From a virus: a stretch of DNA of 64,000 nucleotides. The notes under the pieces were generated by a model. That model had not been told where the DNA came from. It made no database searches and was given only the letters and a program-made list of their open reading frames with translations. Location: IMG/VR virus record IMGVR_UViG_3300042880_000420, positions 32,001 to 96,000 of that record; one strand, written 5' to 3'. Position numbers and translations under genes: made by a program. Shown piece by piece: positions 15,201 to 25,285 of this stretch (position 1 is its first letter; each line of letters begins with the position of its first letter).

Positions 15201-17516
15201 TCCAGCAAGAACATCAATCATACTATTAAGAGCTTGTTTTTTATAAAGCTCTTTATTGTATTCTTTTGTTCCAAATTTATATCTATTGGGATTAGAAATA
15301 GCTCCGTATTTTTCCTGTAATTTATTATAAGTTTTTGCATATGACTCCACTGCATTTGCAACTTTATCAGTGTAATCCTGTGCAGATTTTTTATTTTCAG
15401 AAGTATAATCAAGACCGACAAATGCTTGTTCAAATTCTTCTTTAGACATGTTTTTACCATACTCCCTAAGAGTATCTATCAATGCCTCATGTGTATCATT
15501 TCTTACAGCTTGTGACACCATGCTGTGTAACATATCTGTACGAATGTTTTCATAAGCAAATTTATCTCCAAGTTTAGCTGCTTCATCTAATGCACTTGCT
15601 CCTTCTTTTTGTACATTAAAATTTTTAATAGATTCTGAAAAAAACTTAGAAGGATCTTTTGCTATTATATTAAATTCATTATAATAATTTTTTAATTTAT
15701 CTTCAGATTCTTTTTTATTCTTAAAATATTCTGCTTTTTGTTCTTCTGTAAGTCCGGCTGTTTTATATTTATCAGATACTGTTTCACCAATTTTTTTTAA
15801 TCCTTTTTGTGTAAGTACAGTGGGACCATGTATAATCATACCTGTTAAAGCACCAGATGCAAAAGTTTTTAAACCTTGCATATTCATTTGTGATTTAATA
15901 GCCCTATCTAAACTTTCTTCTTCACTTACAGTAGTATTGGGATCAAAACTTGCTTTATATGAATTTAAATAATAATCTTTATAATATTCATTAGACCCCT
16001 CTTGTAATAATTCTTGTATACCTTCTGTAACTTCAAATTTTAAAGCTGGTTTCATTATAGATTTAGCAAGAACTGTCCTTGCTTTTCTTGTACCAAAATC
16101 AGCTGCAATAGTTTTGTAATTAGAAAGTATACCACCAGTATAATACTGTGAAGTTGTTCTACCGTTTATTTTACCTAACACTTTAAAGCCTTTTTCACCA
16201 AGATCTTCTCCAAACTGAGAAAGTATTCTTGATGTTGCTTTAGAATTCTTAAATACATTATCAAACATTATACGATTTGATACAGCTAATACAGCAGAAT
16301 TAAAATTAAAATTTTTATCAGCGGCCTGCATTGCCACATTCTGCATTTTTTGAAGTTGTTCATCTGTTGCATATACACCCTTATTATTAAAATAATCATC
16401 TTGCATTTGATTATATAAATCACCAAATGTACCAGCAGCTTCCATTCTTGCTTCTGTAAATGCAAAATTTGCTTCAGATAATGTACGCTTTAATCCACTA
16501 ACTCCCACTTTAGCAATGTCACCAGCAAGCTTAGTTCCTGACAATCCCGCTAATTTACCTGCTTCATATGTTTTGCCAATATCCATTGCAATATCTACAC
16601 CTGGAATTTTTTGACCAACAGATGAAAAAAAGTTTTTTAATACAGCTTCATTTTTCCAAATGTCACCTAACTTTTTAAGAGCTTTAAAGTTTTTTGCAGC
16701 ATCATAAAATTCTTTACTTTTTTGAAACATTCTTGCAACTCTTCCAATATTTGCTGCAAGTTTAACATCAGCAGTAGTTTCAATTGCTGCTGCACCAGGC
16801 GCACCAACTCCACTAATAACCAAAGCAGCTTCAATGGCTTTTGTTAATAATTGTTCACTTAACATTTGAGCACCAGCACCAACCGTAAAACCAGCTTGTT
16901 GTAAAAAGTTTCCAAAAGTTTGTCTATTCCAAAACGTATCAGTTCCTTCTTTTGTAGCATAGATTGGATTGGAATTCATAATATCTTTTAATGAATCATC
17001 CAGCTCTAACATAGATTGTGCATCACCATGTAACCTATCCCAATCCCAATGAATTAAAGCATCTGTCATTCTACCCCAACCTTTCCATCCATCTGTAAAT
17101 CCATTATAAGCAAGTTTACCCATTCCTGAAAAACCGTTAGAAAGTACTTCAGACCAAGATTGATTCTGACCATATCTTTCTTCATTATCACCCGTCAATG
17201 ATATACCAAGTTTATAATAATCAGGAGATGAAACATATCGTGCAGTATTAATTTCATCTGCATTATAAGTTATAGGACTACCCATAAATCTTTCAGTGCC
17301 AGCAGAATTAAACAATCTACTGATTTCGCTGGCTACAGGACTTGTAGTTTGTTTAACACCACTATAAGAATATGGAAAATCAATATTACCATATCCTACT
17401 TGTGGAACTTGAAATTTTAATCCATCATTAGATATGTTAGGTTTAACAATATCTCCTGTAGGTGCAAGTAATTTTTCAATTGCAAATGGATCAAATGTTG
17501 ATTGAGGTGCAGCCAT
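12207..17516 (-). CDS. Large virion cargo/ejection protein of the RNAP gene cluster (1769 aa)
   Basis: Gly/Ala-rich hydrophobic N-terminal segments (AGFTVGAGAQML, AALVISGVGAPGAAA), EARMEA and EGIQELLQEG helices typical of podophage internal virion proteins; lies directly upstream of the RNAP. Confidence 0.65.
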   Translation of the reverse strand: MAAPQSTFDPFAIEKLLAPTGDIVKPNISNDGLKFQVPQVGYGNIDFPYSYSGVKQTTSPVASEISRLFNSAGTERFMGSPITYNADEINTARYVSSPDYYKLGISLTGDNEERYGQNQSWSEVLSNGFSGMGKLAYNGFTDGWKGWGRMTDALIHWDWDRLHGDAQSMLELDDSLKDIMNSNPIYATKEGTDTFWNRQTFGNFLQQAGFTVGAGAQMLSEQLLTKAIEAALVISGVGAPGAAAIETTADVKLAANIGRVARMFQKSKEFYDAAKNFKALKKLGDIWKNEAVLKNFFSSVGQKIPGVDIAMDIGKTYEAGKLAGLSGTKLAGDIAKVGVSGLKRTLSEANFAFTEARMEAAGTFGDLYNQMQDDYFNNKGVYATDEQLQKMQNVAMQAADKNFNFNSAVLAVSNRIMFDNVFKNSKATSRILSQFGEDLGEKGFKVLGKINGRTTSQYYTGGILSNYKTIAADFGTRKARTVLAKSIMKPALKFEVTEGIQELLQEGSNEYYKDYYLNSYKASFDPNTTVSEEESLDRAIKSQMNMQGLKTFASGALTGMIIHGPTVLTQKGLKKIGETVSDKYKTAGLTEEQKAEYFKNKKESEDKLKNYYNEFNIIAKDPSKFFSESIKNFNVQKEGASALDEAAKLGDKFAYENIRTDMLHSMVSQAVRNDTHEALIDTLREYGKNMSKEEFEQAFVGLDYTSENKKSAQDYTDKVANAVESYAKTYNKLQEKYGAISNPNRYKFGTKEYNKELYKKQALNSMIDVLAGNEFKATNAIDRSRELFSKASSHKTLGSSLASAYNILGSDANIEKEIKTLEIEISTKKEQLKSEGISDESKKDLRNEIELKEKQKQAITDWLNNKDELIDEIKVSKSYEAFKSYLELKNKEFGKESVININEVEDLFVDFNDYIKLNNKFQQHVDAVNMLSNPEYFNQVYERMIVGSQLAYYQMLYDSAQEQIKAGLVKSDEHFIVEANGMYGVFTPTGNVVFIVDDLDKAREIKEESDKLIYKGEEEIVIQEETKKEEIKKEKKKEETKKEGDLKINGRPITIITAENNIIYYKFNDDIDGEIYSFLKKEDGKFYDAETNEQITVTRVVQKEKPAPVSTDARADVKNKASEKLRQAEKDLADTEKRLEEIKSNPRANKADIPSLESRVKTLNDVVANTRLISESETFYIGQWETPSSNGTGIVINRKTISFPEFTTLYNIASKNLLDNYDAELAALEGGKEITTTEEEFVVEDINQVFTGTKKTLDDISKNSDVKFQEGFKQVAPALSLAQRTHNYNVVEVSPNVLRYERSDVNNSYVFYIATPEFLPGKSVYFKVIEPDVNYDQANIGIYTLINGKETLIGNVHTPDWISKKIGKTYVNIVIPENERDMDNPPTLVNQLKINRAFRKLMLDNHAKNPTFVLSGNIEDKSMGIIVTVNSAGLLKDRINPKVSEGGVENRHGVFGIVRNGFIEVDKGQQISPNKLAEINYDFSQYEGYTLLMVPTPTGVYFPTFIKLPNVARQQSEFILKAVSVFRGNEENNDLVDKVYKAVGSEYIPGQKPDMVILKKYINHYITNLDSKALSKTGSGSDLSENVARIDIFDDGNIKLQSKLNDQYVNVVIRSDKDAPSNILEHMDGLLTSIRYTDTKNDSLKGINSTKKINILGVENGKLISNNITYNQYIMNGAKTNLEKGIESNNNNDDWVYFANPVIKYTYGNPVSDPVEEIIEKKPEVTKEQLNTPVDLDKAAKMLAFLSKNGVSNETIEEQKDDCNISKYT

Positions 17517-17522
17517 TATTTT

Positions 17523-20500
17523 TTATTTAGTAGTATTAAATACACTATTATACTCTTTATCTAATTTATCTCTTAATTGTTTCTGAGCATAATTTAAATC
17601 TTGAACAGGTGTATATGTTCTTTTTAAAATAGTTGAATTTTCATAAGATTGTGTATTAACGCCTTTTCTTAATGCATCAATAAAATCTTCTACAGTGACT
17701 GTATTAGGCATATCAACAAATGATGTTTCATCATAATTTGTATTTCCAGTATAATCTTTCCAATTATATGTTAAAACATTATTTGTTGGATCTTGCTGTA
17801 CAATTTTATATCCTGCTTTAAATTTAATATTACCAGTTGTAATATCTTTATATATTTCATATTTTAATCCAAAGTCTTCATCTGTCTTTGAAGATTTGAC
17901 TGTTCCATTACTTAATAATAATGAATAAAAATGATCTTGATATGGATTAGGCATTCCAGGAACCATTGCCTCATTTCTAAGTTGAAAAGTTATTTCTCCA
18001 TTAAAAAAATCATACTTTGATCTATCTTTTTTATCAATATTTTTTAATAATTCGTCTTTATTATATGTAAAAGTAATATTTCTTTTTGTAGGATCAGGAC
18101 TTCCCATATTGTGATATTTAAGAGATGTCAATCCAGCAGCAGGATCAGAAACTATTTTTGTGATAAGTTTTTGAAGTTTATCTTGCTGGTCTTCATCATA
18201 TCCAACAATAACATATTTATCATCTTCTATATCTACAATATTATTAATATTTGTAAAAACTTGTTGTGCTATTCTATCTGCGTAATCTGTTCTATCAGTG
18301 GGACTAGACATGTATGTAATTGTCTTGCCCATTTTACCCGTTTCTTCACTGATTGTTTTTTGTAAATTTTCAGGAATAGCACTTTTAAGTAAACCATATC
18401 CTTTATCTAATTTTTTTCTAACTTCCTCAGGCTTTCCATAATCTCTTACAATACCCGTAATGTCATATGTTTGTCCATTTTTATCTGTTGCAGTATAACC
18501 TATAATAACTTTACTTTTTACTGAAATATTTGTTGTTGGTGATGTATATGTAATTTCTTCTTCATATATAGGTTCTGGCTTTAAGGTTCCATTTACATAT
18601 GCTTGTGCAATTTCTAAAGGAAGTTTAACGCGCTTATTATTTACAGTGAATTCACGAATATTACTTAAATTTTCAGCAGTGAATAAAAGACTCTTACCAT
18701 TTTTATCTTTAATGGTAATGTCTTTATATTTTTCAGGATTTTTTTCAACCTGTGCTGCAATTCGTTCATCATATTGCTTTCTTAAAGCATATGCATTATT
18801 TAGTTTATTTCTTGCAGATTGTAATTTAGTGTACGTCTGATAATTTGAATTAATTCTATTTTGTAAACTTGCATCATATTCATTTTTTGCAAGCATATCG
18901 TTTAAATTGTTTATATCCTTTTCAACCGTTTGAGAATAATAATCACTAACTGCTGACAAAGCAACTATTGGACCAGTGAGTTTAACAGGTTTAAGACCTG
19001 CTCCTTCTAATTTAGTATTTAATTTGCTTTCAACATCTTTTAATGTAGTCTGATAATCCTTACTCATTGTACTTGGGTCATTTGCAATTGCAGAAAAAAT
19101 GAACCCAACTTCTTGAGGTGAAATAACATCCTGTAACATATTAATAGGAACACTTTCTAATACAGATTTCATTTCCTGTAATCCAGTGGAATGCATACTA
19201 GTTATTGCAGAATTAAAAGTTTCAACATCTGACTCAATTTTATTTGCATTTGTTGTAGCAGTTACTGTAGGAATTATATTTTTTAAAGCAATTGGTTTTC
19301 CACTTGCATCATATTCTACATTTTCACCACCGCTTTCAATTGATTTTTTTGTTTCTTCCCAATTTTGTTTTCTAACATTAAGAGAATGTGTTTGTGCAAA
19401 TTCTGTTGCTTGACGTTGCTCAGATATATTATTCCAGTATGACTGATCTGTAGTAATTTCTAAAGATTGTTTACTTGCTGCACTCTTAGCAGCAACTTCC
19501 ATATCTTTATCCATTTTAAGATTTGCAAAAAATGCAGTGGGGCTAGTGCTAATTCTTTTTATTATTTCATCATATTTAATTTTATCTTCTTCATTTCCTA
19601 CACCTTTTGTTTTTAACAATGAAGTTTCTTTTTCTAATTCTTTTATTCTTTTATTTATTTCACCACCTTGTGTAATATATTGTGAATATAAATCTTCATT
19701 GCTATTTCTTGCGTTATCTGCATTAGTTTGTGCAATAATACGACTATCTTTTAAATACTTAATTTTATCATCATAACTTTTTATTTGTTGATCAATATGA
19801 TATTTTGGAAGCATAGATATTGCTTCTTCATCAGATATTTCAACACCTTTAAATTTTCTTTCATCATCTTTTATATCTTGAATACCTTGAATTTTAAAAT
19901 ATTCACCGTACATACTATATTGATCATTTGCAGATTCGCCTAAATATGTTTTAAACAAATCAGCAAAAGATTTATATAATCCGTCTCCATTTACTTGTTT
20001 ATAAATACGACCATTTTGCGACCAACTTAATTCTTGTTTCCATTCATTTTTTTTAATCCAATCCTGAAATTCTTTTGGATGATTTTGTAACGGTGTTGCT
20101 TTTATTAAAGGCACTTGATTAATAATATCAGGATCATCTGCTGTTTTAATTTTATTCATATAATAATTCATCACCGTAATAGGTGTATTATTATCATAGT
20201 CAGGATGTTCTTTTTTAATTTTTTCTTGTTCTGCTAATTGAGCATATCTACTTTTTGTATCTGCTATATGAGCTAACATTGTTTTATCCTCCCAAAAAGG
20301 AGAATATAAATTTTCAGCAGAATCTACATTTGATTGGATGGAAAGATCTGTAGTGCTGATTGTTTTTAATTGATCTTTAATTTGATTCAAATAATCATCT
20401 CTTCTTTTGCTATATTTATCATTTAATATTGGTGTATTTAATATACTTTTAAATCCTTGTGAAATTTGTTCATAATTAGTTTCATACCTAGCTGTTGCCT

Positions 20501-20591
20501 TTTGTAAAGCATTTGCTAAGTATGGAAAATTAGGAGTGTATTGTACAGGATTAAAACCGTTATCTGTAACACCAGGCAAATATGTACTCAT
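17523..20591 (-). CDS. Large virion cargo protein of the RNAP gene cluster (1022 aa)
   Basis: Long coiled-coil-rich ORF; first of three large consecutive genes ending in the RNAP, as in crAss-like phages. Function inferred from synteny. Confidence 0.55.
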   Translation of the reverse strand: MSTYLPGVTDNGFNPVQYTPNFPYLANALQKATARYETNYEQISQGFKSILNTPILNDKYSKRRDDYLNQIKDQLKTISTTDLSIQSNVDSAENLYSPFWEDKTMLAHIADTKSRYAQLAEQEKIKKEHPDYDNNTPITVMNYYMNKIKTADDPDIINQVPLIKATPLQNHPKEFQDWIKKNEWKQELSWSQNGRIYKQVNGDGLYKSFADLFKTYLGESANDQYSMYGEYFKIQGIQDIKDDERKFKGVEISDEEAISMLPKYHIDQQIKSYDDKIKYLKDSRIIAQTNADNARNSNEDLYSQYITQGGEINKRIKELEKETSLLKTKGVGNEEDKIKYDEIIKRISTSPTAFFANLKMDKDMEVAAKSAASKQSLEITTDQSYWNNISEQRQATEFAQTHSLNVRKQNWEETKKSIESGGENVEYDASGKPIALKNIIPTVTATTNANKIESDVETFNSAITSMHSTGLQEMKSVLESVPINMLQDVISPQEVGFIFSAIANDPSTMSKDYQTTLKDVESKLNTKLEGAGLKPVKLTGPIVALSAVSDYYSQTVEKDINNLNDMLAKNEYDASLQNRINSNYQTYTKLQSARNKLNNAYALRKQYDERIAAQVEKNPEKYKDITIKDKNGKSLLFTAENLSNIREFTVNNKRVKLPLEIAQAYVNGTLKPEPIYEEEITYTSPTTNISVKSKVIIGYTATDKNGQTYDITGIVRDYGKPEEVRKKLDKGYGLLKSAIPENLQKTISEETGKMGKTITYMSSPTDRTDYADRIAQQVFTNINNIVDIEDDKYVIVGYDEDQQDKLQKLITKIVSDPAAGLTSLKYHNMGSPDPTKRNITFTYNKDELLKNIDKKDRSKYDFFNGEITFQLRNEAMVPGMPNPYQDHFYSLLLSNGTVKSSKTDEDFGLKYEIYKDITTGNIKFKAGYKIVQQDPTNNVLTYNWKDYTGNTNYDETSFVDMPNTVTVEDFIDALRKGVNTQSYENSTILKRTYTPVQDLNYAQKQLRDKLDKEYNSVFNTTK

Positions 20592-20601
20592 TTCTATGTA
20601 T

Positions 20602-20617
20602 TATATTATAAATATAC
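20602..20617 (-). promoter_or_regulatory. Putative late promoter motif GTAWATT-W4-5-TRTA
   Basis: Minus strand GTATATTTATAATATA about 10 nt before the ATG at 20591. Confidence 0.4.
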
Positions 20618-20658
20618 TTTATAAAGTTAAGACTAAAAAACCAAACTTATTAAGTTTG

Positions 20659-22713
20659 TTATACTTGATTTCTAGACTTTCTCCTTCTTGTTTGGTCATT
20701 CGTCATTCCTTGTTGCATTTTCATATAATCTAGATAATCACTTACACTCATATCAGCATCTTTTGCTGCTTGTGCAATATCTTTTGCACTCATTTTTTCT
20801 GTATCAGATTGACTATTAAAAAATGCCTGCATAGATTTAGGACTATGAAAATATATAGTTCCAGTTCCAGGTCTAACACCATAATAAGGACTTTCAGTCA
20901 AACTCGTATTATAAAGATTAGCTGCATTTCTTTGACCTTGTGTATAAGCTTGCAAAACACCTGTACGTGCTTGTCTCATTGCATTTTGATATTGTTGTTC
21001 ATTAATTACACCAGCATCATATAAACGTTTAGTACGTTGTGCATCATATGCTATTTGTTTATTAGTAATATCAGCTGCTTGACTAGCTGCTGCATTTCCT
21101 AATTGAACATTTAAATTAGATGTTTTTCCAATGGCATTTGCTACACTAGCAAGTTCTTGACCAACAGGAACTGTTCCTAAATTTTGTTTTCCTGCAAACA
21201 TGTTACGTGCTTGTCTATTTGAATTTGCTATTTCATTAATAGCAGCTAATTCTCTAGCTGAATCATAATATCTTGTTTCAGGTCTTTGAAATTTAACAGT
21301 AGGTTCAAAAGGTGTAAATCTTCTTACACCAGTTAAATTTTTAAGTGAATTTAAAAGAATTGCATTATCAGGATTTGTCCAACCATATTTAATTGGAGAT
21401 CTATTATATGTCGTTATATCATTATTTTTAATTTTACTTTCATTATCAAAATTAAAAGTATAAGGATTATTTTTTAAATAATTATGTAATAATACATTAG
21501 AACCAATAAGATTACCATCTTTATCAGTAAATTTACTTTTTTGTTTTTCTTCATCTGAAAACAAACTAGCATTTTGAAGTCTATTTATTCCTTGTTGATT
21601 TTGTTCTAAAGCCGTTTGATAATCAAAAGATTTTGTAAAATCAGGAACATCAGATTGTGGAATTGTTAATTCGTATGGATTTTTCTTACTATTAATTTTT
21701 GAAGATAGATTAATTCCATTAGTTATGTTATCACTTTCCACCTCACTTCCTTCTTCATCACCAATATATCTTTTTAAATTCATACCACCATATTTCATTC
21801 TACCACCATACATCATATCACCACCATACATTGCTTCCTGTGGGTTTTCTTCCATTTGTTCTTGAGATTCAACATCAGAAGCTTGCATCATCTTTGCATA
21901 ATATTCTTGTGCAATATTGGGAATACCTTGCGGATATCCTTTCTTACCTTCTTGTACAAGAGCAAGTTGTGCTAATTTCTTATTATAATTTTGAATCATC
22001 AGCTCTGCTGTACGTTTCTTAATAGAATCAGCTCTAGGATCTTCAAGTATAGCTTTATATTTATTAAGATCATATTGTTTAGCTATTTGTGCCGGAGTAA
22101 ATTTTTTAGATGATTTTTCAGACTTACCAAATACGCTAAGAACAGAACCACCAAGTTTCATCTTCTTTGTATCAGAAAAAATAAATGTACCTTCAGGAAC
22201 ATTTAATGGTACACCACCTTGCGTATGTCTTTTACCTTTTATATTGTAATGACTTTTAGTTCCATCTTCTTTTGGAATTACAGCAGTTTCACCACCTTCT
22301 GCTTCAATATTTGCATGCTCTCTTGGAACAGCAGACAACGTATTATTAACATCTAACTCTTCATCAGTATCTTGATTCATCCAAAGTCTTCTAGAACCAA
22401 GATCTAATCCATATCCCATTTGACCACCATAAGCAGCAGTTTGCATATCATATCCCATATTAGAATTTTGGTCTTGTGATTCAACACCTTGCAATTCTTG
22501 ATACATTTGCATAATGGTTTGTTTTTGTTCTTCTTCTCCCATTTGTTGAAGTTGTTGAACAATTTGTTGTGCATCAACACCATTAGCTTCAGCAAATGCT
22601 TGTATAACTTGCATAATTTGCTCTTGAGGATTACCACTTTGTTGTTGCATTGTCATATCTCCACCATCTTGATATTTAGCAGGATACTTTTTTATTTTGA
22701 CTTTGTATTTCAT
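20659..22713 (-). CDS. Putative cargo protein with xxxGG-delimited segments (684 aa)
   Basis: Core ANIEAEGGET...KGKRHTQGGVPLNVPEGTFIFSD; motifs YQDGG, AAYGG, AMYGG, MMYGG, MKYGG; lies between the muzzle and RNAP genes. Confidence 0.55.
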   Translation of the reverse strand: MKYKVKIKKYPAKYQDGGDMTMQQQSGNPQEQIMQVIQAFAEANGVDAQQIVQQLQQMGEEEQKQTIMQMYQELQGVESQDQNSNMGYDMQTAAYGGQMGYGLDLGSRRLWMNQDTDEELDVNNTLSAVPREHANIEAEGGETAVIPKEDGTKSHYNIKGKRHTQGGVPLNVPEGTFIFSDTKKMKLGGSVLSVFGKSEKSSKKFTPAQIAKQYDLNKYKAILEDPRADSIKKRTAELMIQNYNKKLAQLALVQEGKKGYPQGIPNIAQEYYAKMMQASDVESQEQMEENPQEAMYGGDMMYGGRMKYGGMNLKRYIGDEEGSEVESDNITNGINLSSKINSKKNPYELTIPQSDVPDFTKSFDYQTALEQNQQGINRLQNASLFSDEEKQKSKFTDKDGNLIGSNVLLHNYLKNNPYTFNFDNESKIKNNDITTYNRSPIKYGWTNPDNAILLNSLKNLTGVRRFTPFEPTVKFQRPETRYYDSARELAAINEIANSNRQARNMFAGKQNLGTVPVGQELASVANAIGKTSNLNVQLGNAAASQAADITNKQIAYDAQRTKRLYDAGVINEQQYQNAMRQARTGVLQAYTQGQRNAANLYNTSLTESPYYGVRPGTGTIYFHSPKSMQAFFNSQSDTEKMSAKDIAQAAKDADMSVSDYLDYMKMQQGMTNDQTRRRKSRNQV

Positions 22714-22723
22714 TATTGTAAAT

Positions 22724-25207
22724 TTAATCTAAAAATTCTAACTGACCACCAGCTTTTAAAAATTGTTGAATTTGATCTTCATCCATTTCTACCACCTGTC
22801 CACCAAGTTGTTCTCCACCGTTTTTAAAAACACCAGCTTGCTGTAGTTTTTTATACATTTTAGCAGATTCACTTTTTACTTGTCTTTTAAGAAGTTCTCT
22901 TCTTTGTGCTAAAGTTATTTGTTTTAAAGTTTTATTTCTTAATTCTGGATATATTTCTACACCATAACCTTTACTATTAATTGTACCATCTTTATTAACA
23001 CCACCACTCCATTTCTTTAAAGCATAATTTATATCTGTGTTAGGTTCATAATATTTACTATCAAATATTCCATCCACTTCACCAAACATTAAAGTTTCTC
23101 TAGCATTAAGTCCTGCTTCCAATGTAGGAAAAGCTGCAAAATATCCGGGACCATCTGTTTGTTTAATCGGAGATTTTACTGCTCCAAATTTTGAAAACAC
23201 AGGATTATAAATAATATTACCTGGATTATTAAGTTTTGTTGCAACATCTTTTTCATTAGGATTGGGAATACTAGGCCCAGCAGAATAATTTCTAGTTGGT
23301 CTAACAACTGCTCTTGTATTATCTATAGTTTTTGTATCATTTACAATTGGTTTAGAAATTTTAACATAATCTTTTAGAGAAACAACAATGGGCATGTTTT
23401 TCATAAGTTCAAGTGGACTACTAATTGGAGCAGCTAATTGTGGACTTGCAAATAAATTGCTAAATCCACCACCAACTTGATAACTAGGAACTTCCATACC
23501 ATACTTACCGTACATACCTTTATAAGAAAATGTACCTGTATTATAAGGTTTAAATGCACCATATGTAGAACCTGTTACACCATAATCACCTTTACTAGAA
23601 CCTTGAGGATTTGTAAACATAGCTGCTGTACTACCCATATTCATAGCAGCAGCATCCATATTTCTTTTTCTATTTCTTTCGTTTAATACATTACCAATAG
23701 TACCAGCAAGTTCTACACCAGTTTGCATTGTATTTGCAATTTTACCAGCAGTTCTACCAAACTTCTGTATATCTGTTTGACCTGTTCTAAATCTAGCACC
23801 TTTTCCTTCTTCTTTAAGTTGTTCCCAAAGTTCAGGATCTTGTTTCTTTATGTTAGTTAATTGTTTATTATCTTTAGACCATGTAGTAAAACCTGTATTT
23901 GGATCTACCGCATTACTGTATTGACTTGAATCAAAAGGTTCAATATTTTGTTGTTCTTCATCATACTGCTCTTCATCCATATTTAATCCACCAAGGTCAG
24001 GACTTTCATATAATTCATTTCTTCTATTTCTCCTACTACCGTTTACTCCGTCACCATATATTCCAGATTCTTGATTTTCATCTTCAATATCATATTGGAA
24101 ATTTGTATCAATGTTGTACGAACCATCGCCAGAAGCAGACCAAGATTGTCCAGCAGAAACATCTACAGGACTACCTGATGTGGGAGGTGTAGATGATGTT
24201 ACTGTAGAACCTTCTTGAAAATAATATCCACTACCTGGTACATATGTACCAGAGTCTGTATTTCTATGAAACTTACCATCCATTCCATAATACCCACCTT
24301 TTTTAAACATAGTTCTCATTGCGGGAAATATAGCAGTACCACCTTTTTCATACATGCCTCCACATTCATAACAAGGTTGACCACCTTGTTTCATTTTAGA
24401 AACATAATTAATAAGCTCGTTATTTTGTGTAGCACTACCCGTATAATTTTTTAAACCATATGATTCAGCAAGTTTTTTTCTTTCTGCAAATGAACTGTCT
24501 TTACCTTTTGATTTTAATAAATCAACAATGCTTGAATACTTATTTAATGGTGTAGAATAAGATGCACCAATAGCCCCCACTTCACGCATTGTTTGTGCGG
24601 GAGACATTGTAGATTGCAATGTTTTAGCAGCACCAAAATCTTTTAAAGGTACAGTTTGTAAATTATTCTTAATTAATTCTTTAGGAAGATTATAATTATT
24701 TACAATAGGTGCTAAAACTTTAAGAGGTTGCAATGTTTTACTTCTATCTATATAAGGAGTATTAGCTGCCATTCCAGGTCTTGACCACATACCAGTAGAT
24801 GTTTGCCATCCTGTGGTAGGTTGATTGCTTGCATATCCTTCAAAATCAGGATTGATATATCCGCCAGGTTCATTTACAGTAGGTATTTTATCAAAAGTTT
24901 CAACCATTGGACCAATAGCTCTACCCATTCTGTCAAATGATCTAGGTCTTTTAAAAGTACCAGATTCATCACGTACCATTGGTTGTAGTTGTGGAGTATA
25001 ATTAATCATACCTACATTTCCTTGTGTATTAACTCCAACTCTATTACGTAAATTTTCAGGAATTTCTACATTTATTCCATTTTGTGCTTCCATTAATTCA
25101 CCACACATATCGGGGTAGTCTGAACAAAAAGATGCTTGATCAGGATATTGATTATAAAAATCATCTTCTGATAATCCTGTTAATTCTAAAATACTTTGTT
25201 TATTCAT
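22724..25207 (-). CDS. Modular cargo protein with DUF3597-like cell-wall-binding module and lysozyme-like NNPGNI domain (827 aa)
   Basis: SIVDLLKSKGKDSSFAERKKLAESYGLKNYTGSATQN (DUF3597-like); KLNNPGNI...GYFAAFPTLEAGLNA...INYALKKW (phage virion lysozyme-like); repeated xxxGG motifs. Confidence 0.55.
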   Translation of the reverse strand: MNKQSILELTGLSEDDFYNQYPDQASFCSDYPDMCGELMEAQNGINVEIPENLRNRVGVNTQGNVGMINYTPQLQPMVRDESGTFKRPRSFDRMGRAIGPMVETFDKIPTVNEPGGYINPDFEGYASNQPTTGWQTSTGMWSRPGMAANTPYIDRSKTLQPLKVLAPIVNNYNLPKELIKNNLQTVPLKDFGAAKTLQSTMSPAQTMREVGAIGASYSTPLNKYSSIVDLLKSKGKDSSFAERKKLAESYGLKNYTGSATQNNELINYVSKMKQGGQPCYECGGMYEKGGTAIFPAMRTMFKKGGYYGMDGKFHRNTDSGTYVPGSGYYFQEGSTVTSSTPPTSGSPVDVSAGQSWSASGDGSYNIDTNFQYDIEDENQESGIYGDGVNGSRRNRRNELYESPDLGGLNMDEEQYDEEQQNIEPFDSSQYSNAVDPNTGFTTWSKDNKQLTNIKKQDPELWEQLKEEGKGARFRTGQTDIQKFGRTAGKIANTMQTGVELAGTIGNVLNERNRKRNMDAAAMNMGSTAAMFTNPQGSSKGDYGVTGSTYGAFKPYNTGTFSYKGMYGKYGMEVPSYQVGGGFSNLFASPQLAAPISSPLELMKNMPIVVSLKDYVKISKPIVNDTKTIDNTRAVVRPTRNYSAGPSIPNPNEKDVATKLNNPGNIIYNPVFSKFGAVKSPIKQTDGPGYFAAFPTLEAGLNARETLMFGEVDGIFDSKYYEPNTDINYALKKWSGGVNKDGTINSKGYGVEIYPELRNKTLKQITLAQRRELLKRQVKSESAKMYKKLQQAGVFKNGGEQLGGQVVEMDEDQIQQFLKAGGQLEFLD

Positions 25208-25247
25208 ATTATAAACTTTTAAAGTTTAATTATTTTATATTAAACTA

Positions 25248-25285
25248 TATATTATTAATTTACTTAATTTTATTGAGATGTCCTA
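25248..25285 (-). promoter_or_regulatory. Putative late promoter
   Basis: TAG-N20-TAAATTAATAATATA upstream of 25207. Confidence 0.4.

Noticed and set aside
20616-20627. ACTTT-AT-AAAGT palindrome as another operator copy
   Set aside because: Spacing differs from the 8-1-8 sites and the sequence is short and AT-rich, so it was not counted.
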